Source: Camelus dromedarius (taxonomy: Eukaryota). From it: DNA of 64,000 nt. The notes under the pieces were generated by a model. That model worked only from the letters and a program-made list of their open reading frames with translations. It made no database searches and was not told where the DNA came from. The stretch's first letter is position 1. Each line of letters begins with the position of its first letter. This document shows, in pieces, positions 55,536 through 64,000 of the stretch. The stretch is from the NCBI RefSeq assembly GCF_036321535.1, contig NC_087459.1, forward strand, positions 28,830,001 through 28,894,000, in the 5' to 3' direction. Both the position numbers and the translations under genes were made by a program.

Positions 55536-58500
55536 CTCGGAGAAGTCACAGACAAGGAATCTTCAAGGAAAAATAATGCCTCAGTTGACAGGGTTTCACA
55601 ATGTATCAGACACTCTGTAGATTATTTTACTTGCTCTTGACCAGGAACTCTCTGAGGCCGGCAAGGCATGGGCTACTAGCCGTACTTGACAAACGTGGGG
55701 AAAGGCACAGGAAGGGGAGCGGGTGAGGGCAGAGCACCCTGTAGAATCTCGCAGTCAGAAGGGGCCTTCAGGTCACCCAGTGTCACCACTCACTCCAGCA
55801 GGAGCTCTCAGAACCCGAGTCAGGTGAGGCCCTGTGCTGCCTCCCCAGAGATTCTGAGTCAGTGAGGCTGTGTGCTGGAGCCCAGGCAGCCCCATGTTAA
55901 CGAGCTAATTGTGATGCTCCCTGACATTTGACAGTCTTTGCTGCAAAGCAGGCACACCTTCCTTTCAGCCAGCGATGTGTGTCTTTCCGGTGTTGTAGGT
56001 GGGGACCAGATAGATGTGAGTGATGTGACTCGGATCTGGGGCCAACCCTTAAGATTTAATGGCTTGATGGGGAGAGACAAGCAGAGGAAGATGCTAGAAT
56101 GGGATACTTAAAGAGCCATGGGAGCTAGAGGGCGGCACACGGCTGTGCTTGGGGACCCTGAGGAAGACCTTAGCGCAGCAGGAGCTGACCTCTGAAGTAG
56201 AGTTCTCCATCCTTCTGCAACCCAGGCAGAAGGAACCCTGTGTGCAAAGCATGGAGGTGGGAGGGTCCAGCACAGATGTGGTTAGAAAGGCAAGCCAGGG
56301 CTGGGTGGGAAGAACCGGGGCCATGCTAACCCCGGTTTTGAAGAAGGAGGAGGGGGAGTCAGGTGGGCGTCCGTTTCTCTGGGCTCCCCCTACTGCTAGC
56401 TGGCCCTGTGTCCTTCTAGGTCAGTGGGGGTACAAATAAGCGTTTGGTCAGGGCTCTCTAGGCCATAAAAGAGATCCCAGCAAAAGGCCCTGGGGACACA
56501 GAGGAAGGACCAATGAATTCCAACCTAGTGTCTGGAAAGATTTCATAGAGGAGGTGACACTTAAGCTGAACCTTAAAAGATGCAATGGACAGGAAAATGG
56601 CGCTATCCCAGCTGAGCAAACAGTGTGTGGAGAGGCCCAGAAGCCCAGGGGCTGGAGGGTTGTCTGATGTGGTATGAGGGTTGCTGGTGAGGTGGGAAAC
56701 TTGGGCTGAGCCAGGTCGTGCACTCCTTAACCAGGGAGTGGTGCTTGAACAGAGAATGGCGAGTTTTATTCTTATTCCATGTTTTGGGCCACCACTAATC
56801 CAATGGGGCCTCTTTGAGAAGTGGAGGGGGGCACCCTGGCCTGTGGGTGGGCCAGGGCTTGGCTAGTGAAGTGCAGTGGCGTCGCAGCCCCCTCCTGCCT
56901 GTGCCTTTGTGCAGGGCACAGCTGCTCACCTGCCCCAGCCCCGGCAGCACATCCTGGAAGGCTTTTGAACAGCTCAGTGTCACAGTTTGGTCTGGGCCCT
57001 GTGATGGTCACTTGAGAAGGAAGGAGCAGTTACAGCGTGGAGTGGGCAGGGAGGAAAGGAAGAGGGAAGCAGTTGAAGTCGATTTGAACAGGAAGAGGAG
57101 CAGGGAGGTGGTTCCTGGGAAGTGCCCACAGCTTGGTGGACCCAGGCATGACTGGGTGGTCAGAGCAGGGGGCAGAGGAAGTGAGTACAAGGCCCCACCC
57201 TGGGCATGCTCCTGACTCTTCCCTCACCCACCCCCAGAGCTGGGGGACCTTCCTCTTGTCCGCCTGGATTTCTCCTGTAACCGTGTCTCCCGCATCCCGG
57301 TCTCCTTCTGCCGCCTCAGGCACCTGCAGGTCATTCTGTTGGACAGCAACCCCCTGCAAAGCCCGCCTGCCCAGGTGAGGGGTGGGCCTGGGCTGGGCTG
57401 CAGAGACATGGCTGAGGACAAGCAAGAGTTGGGGGCATGGGTCCCTTTGGTAGTCAAGCAGGATCTAGGGAGCCCCCCTCCCTTCCCCTAACTAATTACC
57501 CCCATGCACCTCCACACCTAGATCTGCCTGAAGGGGAAACTTCACATCTTCAAGTATTTGTCAACAGAGGCTGGGCGGCGAGGGGGGTCTACACTGGGGG
57601 ACCTGGCCCCATCCCGTCCCCCGAGTTTCAGTCCCTGGTAAGTTCCAAGTGGGAAGGAAGGAGGCCCCCAGATACTTAAACCACTTCCTTGCACCAGGGA
57701 CCCCATGGTTTCCAGGGGGAGGGTGAAGGGGTTGCTGCCCGGAATAGGACTGACCAGCTCTCCCTGGCTGGCCCCAGCCCAGCCGAGGACTTGTTTCCAG
57801 GACGTCGGTACGATGGTGGGCTGGACTCGGGCTTCCACAGCGTTGACAGTGGCAGCAAGAGGTGGTCTGGAAATGAGGTAAGGGCCTCCTTTCCAAGGGA
57901 CACTGTGGATCTCAGCCCCAGGGAGAGCCTTTGAGCCAGGACCCTTTGCCTGTAAATCTCAGAGTGATAGCTGGTGGCCAGAGCTGTCCTCTCCTTCCCT
58001 TGCCCAAGCATCTCGGGGAAGGGCTGGCTCAGCAGCAAAGCCCGAGGCTCTGGACCCCATGAGTTCCAGAAAGGCTGTCTCCCATCTCCGCATCTCTGCA
58101 TTTACAGTCAACAGATGAATTTTCAGAGTTGTCCTTCCGAATCTCCGAGCTGGCCCGGGAGCCTCGGGGACCCAGGGAGCGGAGGGAGGATGGCTCTGGT
58201 GAGTAGCAGCCGGGTGGCAGACCAGGGGCTGGGGGGAATGGATGAGGGCCTGAGTGCCCCCATCTGCTCGCTGATGTGCCCTGCTCTTTCCAGCTGATGG
58301 TGACCCTGAGCAGATCGACTTCATCGACAGCCACGTCCCTGGGGAGGACGAGGAGCGAGGTGCTGGCGAGGTGAGGGGCCAGCCCCCGCCTTGCACCCAA
58401 CCTCCAGGAGAGAGCTGGAGAGAGGGGGCCTGCCCCGGCTTGGGGAGCAGTCCCCCGCTCAGCCCCTCTGCTGTTATTTCTTCAGGAGCAGCGGCCACCA

Positions 58501-60616
58501 GAACCAAGCCCTGTGGCTGGGGACAGGGAGAGGGCACTGAGCAGCAGGTACCAGAGCCACCTGGGCTGGCAACTCCTCCCTTTACTCCATCACCCTGCCC
58601 CTCTCTCCTCTCCCCTGCCCCCAGCTCTACCTCCCATCCCACCTTTTCCCCTCAGGCGGGAGGAGCCGGCAGGGGAGGAGCGGCGGCGCCCAGACACCTT
58701 GCAGTTGTGGCAGGAGCGCGAGCGGCGACAGCAGCAGCAGCAGCAGAGTGGAGTGGGGGGGGCACCCAGGAGGGACAGGTGTGGGCACAGGGCGCCTGCT
58801 GGGCGGTGGGCCCGGGCACTGAGCTGCTCTGCCTCTCAGGGTTGGCAGGGCCCTTGCGTGGCACTGCTGACCCACATCTCCTTTATTTTCTAGTTTTCTG
58901 AAGTTGGGAGTCAGGGCTTCTGGTGGGGGTGCTGCTGCCTCGTCCACGCAGGCCACCTACAAGTACGTGCGGTCCTGGGCTCCACCTCCCTCAGTCCTCT
59001 CCCTACACGCCCTCCCCAGACCTCCCCCTCAAATTCCCTTTCTGTTTCTCCACAGCGGCACGCCTAAGTCCAATGCCACCCCTCTGGGAGCTTCAGGGGT
59101 GCAGGGAGCCCCCATCCCCACCGCTGCCTCCATCTCTCAGGAGCCCCCTCCCATAGCTGGACCAGGTGGGACGGGGGCTATGGGAAAAGGATGGGTGCCT
59201 GGTTGCCTGAAGGAGGAGTAGGACACTGAGGGGATGTTTCTCTTACCTGCACCTGTCCCCTGGCCCCCAGCAACAGCACCTGCTCCCCGGCCGCTTGGCT
59301 CCATTCAGAGACCAAACAGCTTCCTCTTCCGATCTTCTTCTCAGAGTAGCTCAGGTGGGTCTTCCCCCCTCCCCAGTACTAACCCACTGCTCATGCAGCA
59401 CTAACCCCTGGGCTACGGTTACCCCTACTGGCCTGGGAGTTCTCTGGTCAATTATCCCTTTGTGTGGAAAATCTCACACAGAGGCAGGAGATGTGGGTGC
59501 CAGACACTGCGACCCGGCTGTGAAGTCGATGGTGGATAGTGGAGACAGCCCCACGCTCTCCTTTTTCTCCAGGCCCTTCCTCACCAGACTCTGTCTTGAG
59601 ACCTCGGCGATCTCCCCAGCTTTTGGATGAAAAGGAGGTGATGGCTCAACTACGCCAGGTATGAGAGGTGGGATCCGCAAGGGTGGGGTCTGGGTGCCTT
59701 GAGTTTCCTGGCCTCTCTCAGCATCCTCTTTGCCCACCGTGGTGTTTCCACTGAAGACAGAAGGGGCAGACGGGAGTTCCCTGCTGACCCTGCCTTCCCC
59801 CCTCCTTCCCCTGCCTCCCAGGTCCTTGAGTCACAGCTGCAGCGGCCCCTGCCCGAGGACCTGGCAGAGGCTCTAGCCAATGGGGTCATCCTCTGTCAGC
59901 TGGCCAACCAGCTGCGGCCCCGCTCCGTGCCCTTCATTCACGTGCCCTCACCTGCTGTGGTCAGTTGGGGCCCGGGGCAGGAAGTAGGGGTTGGGACAGG
60001 GAACTCCCGTGGCCTCTCCCTTACTCTCTGTCCTTTCTTACCCACCCCCAGCCAAAACTCAGTGCCCTCAAGTCGCGGAAGAATGTGGAGAGTTTCTTAG
60101 AAGCCTGTCGAAAAATGGGGGTGCCTGAGGTATGGGGTGTGTTCTCAGGAGCCTGGGGCTGGTCTCTGGGATGCAGTGTCCTGGGCTCAGCCTAGCACTC
60201 TGCATGGATGGCAGGGTTCCATTCACGGGGATGTCTACTCCCCAGAAGGAAGCACATCTGCCAGCCCGTCCTGCACGCCTCCCTTCCCTGCACTCTGCAT
60301 GCTGGCATGGCTCTGGCCCTGGCACCTGAGGTCAAGGGGTGGGAGGGATTGTCTTGCTGCTGCTGCTGCTGACGTCTCTCCTTTGTCCTTGTCCATCTGT
60401 CCTACTCTCCCTTCCCAGGCTGACCTGTGCTCGCCCTCGGATCTCCTCCAGGGCACCACCCAGGGGCTCTGGACCACCCTGGAGGCTGTGAAGCGGGTGG
60501 GGGGCAGGCCCCCCCCACCCCTCTGGCCCCTTTCTGGTCTGGGCGGCTTCATCCTCTTCTACGTGGTCTTCATGCTGCTGCTCTGTGTCGTCTACACTCG
60601 ACTCCTGGGTTCCTAG
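50990..60616 (+). CDS. LRCH4: Leucine-rich repeat and calponin homology domain-containing 4; 18 exons, ~688 aa, C-terminal TM helix
   Basis: Exons 50990-51209, 54744-(~54888, 3' part in N-run), 55027-55153, 55319-55424, 57238-57374, 57522-57637, 57778-57877, 58108-58198, 58294-58370, 58486-58547, 58656-58778, 58894-58962, 59056-59165, 59271-59354, 59573-59658, 59822-59959, 60052-60129, 60419-60616. LRRs (DLSRNRF, DVSSNEL, DFSCNRV), CH domain (LANGVILCQLANQL), TM GGFILFYVVFMLLLCVVY. Confidence 0.96.
54775..54906. other. N-run (132 nt) covering the 3' part of LRCH4 exon 2 and its donor
   Basis: Exon 2 reads DLSRNRFPEV up to the gap. Confidence 0.95.
55450..55529 (+). repeat. (GT)40 microsatellite, LRCH4 intron 4
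   Basis: Direct reading. Confidence 0.97.
56430..56760. mobile_element. L2 fragment
   Basis: 'gatttcatagaggaggtgacacttaagctgaaccttaaaaga'. Confidence 0.6.
58729..58746 (+). repeat. Coding (CAG)6 poly-Gln in LRCH4 exon 11
   Basis: ERERRQQQQQQSG. Confidence 0.9.
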
Positions 60617-61051
60617 GACCTGAAGTCACCCCCTCTCCACCCCGTCGCCCTATTTCTATTTATAAGACTCCTGTGCAACCCCCATCCCCACCGGTGGTGC
60701 CTTCAGCCCCTACCAAAGACACTAGTGAATGCCCTTCCATCATAAACACTGACCCCAGAGGCCCCACTCTGGTGTTCCCAGACCCTGGGCCCCCAGCCTC
60801 TGGTCCCCTCCTGTAGCCCCGCCCCCTGTCCCTCCCCTCTCAGTGCTGATGGTGCCTTCAAGTCCTCTCTGCCCTGCCCTCTGCTTCCCCAGAGGGTGGA
60901 TCTTAACTTTCCTCCTTGCACCCCCACCCCCCCAGCTGCTATGGGGGGCTAAATTATCTATATTTTGTAGAGAGAACTCTATATTTGTAGGGGATGCTGG
61001 GGCCCAGGCTGGGTCCCTGTCTCTTGTATAAATTGTACAGACTGTGGCCAC

Positions 61052-61053
<2 letters not shown>

Positions 61054-61089
<36 letters not shown>

Positions 61090-61097
61090 TGCGCGTG
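61054..61097 (+). repeat. (TG)16 plus CGCGTGCGCGTG alternating purine-pyrimidine tract, LRCH4 3' UTR
   Basis: Direct reading. Confidence 0.9.
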
Positions 61098-61750
61098 TTT
61101 GCAACTGCTCCTACTGTGCCCGGGGACTCCGTGTGCCAGCCTGCCTACTCCAGCATTTCCCTCTGGAAATGACAGGTCTCTCCTTACCCCTGAGTGTGGG
61201 CCCCCTGTGTTGTCTCCCTTCTGTTATCTGCTGGCAGCTTCCTTGCATCTCATTATCCCCCAGCCATGTCCAGGGTGCCCCTGACCGTTGCCCCCTACAT
61301 CTTATCAACCCCCTTTGCCCAGACTCCCTTTGGGTGTCTCCCAGCCTACAGCTGACAGGAGGTGGTGACAAGGGGAACTTAACCTGGGCCCCTCCCCCCA
61401 GGAGTCCCTGTGCCAGCCCCACCACATCCTGGAAGAGGAGGGGGCCCCGGGCAGGGGCCTCCCATACATCGCTGCTGTCGTCCATGCGCTGCTGGAACGG
61501 CCTTAGGGGTTGAGGTCGGGGCGCAGGGCCCCGACCCAGTCGGGACCCCAGGAACAGAGAAGACAGACGCGCCTGGGCTCTGCTGTCTAGCGAGGACTGG
61601 TGAGGGCGGCCTCGGGCCTGGCCCTGTTCCTCGGGCACCTCACTGCCTGAGAGCTTGGAAGCTGGCCGGCCCAGCAAGGCGCGTGGCCGCCTCTGCGTGC
61701 GGCCCAGGGTCTGGGATGGAAAGCGGGTCGCTGGATCTTGTGTCAAGTGC

Positions 61751-61756
61751 AATAAA
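61751..61756 (+). terminator. LRCH4 polyA signal AATAAA
   Basis: AATAAA ~1.14 kb after the stop, followed by a GT-repeat downstream element near 61790. Confidence 0.75.
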
Positions 61757-61799
61757 GAGAAGCCAGAAGCCCTCTAGGTTGCCCCTTAGGTGTGTGTGT

Positions 61800-62150
61800 G
61801 TCTGAGAACGAAAGCGGTGCGTGGCGTGGACGCGGTCGCCTCCACATACACCACGCGGTGCGGCTGTTCGTCCATCTGGTGCGTAGGCCCCGCCGCCCCC
61901 ACCGCCAGGGGGCGCCCGCGGGACCCCGGCGGGAGCGCGCGCCACGTGGCCCGGAAACGCGCTGGGCGCTGGCGTCACGAGGCCCCGCGAGGTGGGCCGA
62001 GACCTGGGCTTGCAGAGACGCGCTGGGTAGCGCGGTCGGCCAGGGGAGGCCGGGCCCGAGTGGGGGCCGCGAGTGCGAGGCGGGAGGCGCGGGAGGCCGG
62101 AGTGGTGCGGGCGCAGGGTGCGGAGGTGCCGCCCTGCCCCCAGTCCCGGC
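61800..62150 (+). promoter_or_regulatory. SAP25 CpG-island promoter
   Basis: CpG-rich; CTCF-type CCGCCAGGGGGCGC 61902-61915; palindromic E-box GCCACGTGGC 61941-61950; ETS CCGGAA 61951-61956. Confidence 0.7.
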
Positions 62151-63603
62151 ATGTTGCCCTGGTACCCCCGGCGGTGGAGCGTGGGCGAGGAGCAGGCGCC
62201 CGAGGAACAAGGCCTTTCGGCAGGCAGCGACCCTGGCGAGGCTTGGGACTCTGGAGAGGAATCCCTGGGGGAGCTGGGAACACCCCCACAGGACAGGTGA
62301 GGGGCTCCACCAGCAGCACTTGGGGGAAATCCTACTGGGGGCCCACAGTGTGAGAAAATCTGTTGTTCCTACCGAAGAATGGGTACGATCAGTCTCCCCG
62401 TACTGGGCACCCTTGGTCCTGCCTTGGAAATACTCAGACTCAGAGCGGGGAGGTGACTGGGGGAGGCTGTGAGCATCAGTACTGCCCCCTCCCAGTCCTC
62501 AGCCCAGGTCCCGAAGGCCTTCCTGGACCCAGCAAGAACAGCTGCTGTCATGGCCTCCCCCAGGCTTGGCTGCCCAGCAACCCCCTGGAACCACAGGTAG
62601 GTACAGAGTGCTGCCACCTTTACCCCCAAGATCCTATTACCAACTCCTGAATCTGTTTTAATCACTTAAAGTATTCCCCCCAGTTCCTGTCTCCCCACAA
62701 ATGACCTGGGAGTTGGCTCCACCAAGGATGACCCTGCTGGCACCATGGGACCCCAACTATGAGGCTAAAGCAGGACCTCGCCTAGTGTGGGTGAGTTGGG
62801 GGTACCTGTGGCTCCTGCCTCTGGTGGGGCAGGGATGCCTTGAGAGGGGGCTGAAACTTCAGGAATCTTTCCTGACCCTCCATAGGGGCCCAGCTGTGCG
62901 TCTGGAGCCTCCTTCTCAGGCCGGACCTTGTGTCATCCTTCATTCTGGCCGCTGTACGAGGCAGCTTCAAGCAGGGTCCTCAGGCCTGGTCTAGCAGGAC
63001 ATCAGAGTGGAGAGCAGGTGCCCAGGGATGCAGGTACTGCCCTCGGTCCCCTCAGGCTCTGGAGTGAGGCTGCATGAACTCTGCGGGGGGACCAGTGCAG
63101 AGCTTGCCACCGTACCCACTTCTCCACAGGGCTCCCAGTGATGTGCTGTGAAGATGTCTTTCTTTCAGACCCACTGCTGCCTTGTGGGCAGCGTGTTCCC
63201 CTGTACCTGTCTGAGGCCCCTCACCAGGTGAGCGCTCTTTCCGCCCTGGCCTCACCCCAGCCGTCACTCAGGCATTGGGAGGAGACACTTGCCCCTCCTC
63301 TCTCCTCAGGTCATGGGCTGTCTGAAGCTGCTGCTCCCACCCCCGATCATGTCCCCCTGGGTCCTCCCCACTCCATCCTCTGGCTGCTGCACCACCTGGC
63401 TCAGTGGGCCTGAGCTGATAGCCCTCACCGGCCTCCTGCAGATGAGCCAGGGAGAGCCGAGACCCAGCTCATCCAAGGCTCCCACGCCCCCTGCTGGCCC
63501 CCTAGCCCCTATCTCTGACCACCCAGGCGCCAGTGGTGGCCGGAGCTGTTCTCACTGCACTGACCCATCTCTCCCAGGGGCCTCAGACACCCATTGTCCA
63601 TAG
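62151..63603 (+). CDS. SAP25: Sin3A-associated protein 25; 6 exons, 297 aa long form
   Basis: Exons 62151-62296, 62496-62596, 62684-62790, 62886-63033, 63130-63227, 63310-63603; phases 2,1,0,1,0 join into one 894-nt frame. Contains MTLLAPWDPNYEAKAGPR, CCEDVFLSDPLLP, WLSGPELIALTGLLQMSQGE, ends DTHCP*. Exons 1-2 are less certain than 3-6. Confidence 0.9.
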
Positions 63604-63655
63604 CCTCTCTGGAGGCAGGATGGGCCCCCTTACTTCCCTAGGCAGTTCTGTTGAC

Positions 63656-63661
63656 AATAAA
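63656..63661 (+). terminator. SAP25 polyA signal AATAAA
   Basis: AATAAA ~50 nt after the TAG stop. Confidence 0.8.
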
Positions 63662-64000
63662 AGTGTTGGTTTGCAAACCGGCTCCTTGTGACAGCAGAGT
63701 GAGGCGTGAAGGCAGAGATGGGGTTTCTTCCTCCACCACGGCTTTGGCTGTCTCCCCTCAAATTCTTGTTACTCATTGGCTACCCTGTACAGTGGGGCAG
63801 GGGAGTCCATAGCCCTAAGACCTTTCTAGGCTGATCAAGCAGGGAACCTTTAATGGGGCGGGAGTGTACTTAGTCCCTTTGACTCAGCGTGTAGAAAGCA
63901 AGGACTCTCGTCAGTTCTGCCAGCTCGGGGAGAAGGGAGGATTGTGTGAGCACATAGCTGGCATTGGGAGAGGCGAACTAGGGAGTTAGGGGTGTCACAT

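Noticed and set aside
57959-58901. 227-aa antisense and 176-aa sense ORFs across LRCH4 exons 8-12
   Set aside because: They span several real introns and exons in GC-rich DNA; best explained as shadow frames.
61111-62472. Cluster of 130-226 aa ORFs on both strands at the LRCH4 3' UTR/SAP25 promoter
   Set aside because: Very GC-rich island where long ORFs occur in all frames; only the ATG at 62151 links to spliced SAP25.

Overview
Eutherian mammal genomic DNA, syntenic with the human 7q22.1 gene cluster. It contains seven spliced protein-coding genes whose exons I traced base by base: ACTL6B (+, 14 exons, 426 aa), TFR2 (+, 18 exons, 807 aa), MOSPD3 (-, 5 exons, 235 aa), PCOLCE (-, 9 exons, ~470 aa), FBXO24 (-, 10 exons, ~579 aa), LRCH4 (+, 18 exons, ~688 aa) and SAP25 (+, 6 exons, 297 aa). 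Six N-runs of 132-204 nt interrupt the window, and three hide coding sequence (PCOLCE exon 4, FBXO24 exon 7, most of LRCH4 exon 2). Introns hold ancient repeats (MIR, L2, L1M, MER20/MER58/MER5-type hAT elements, MaLR and ERV LTRs). I recognised no young lineage SINE, so I cannot name the species. No RNA genes or CRISPR arrays are present. I found no wholly new gene system. The best leads are regulatory or splicing-level: an expanded-spacer REST/RE1 site with a GC box as its spacer at the neuron-specific ACTL6B start; a minor-spliceosome intron in ACTL6B; an alternative Arg-rich first exon of FBXO24; a promoter-like CRE module and long in-frame ORF in the last TFR2 intron; a candidate 32-nt poison exon and immune-type motifs in LRCH4 intron 1; and a phase-compatible LRCH4-SAP25 fusion splice across a CTCF site. 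Comparisons with human proteins are from memory and should be verified.
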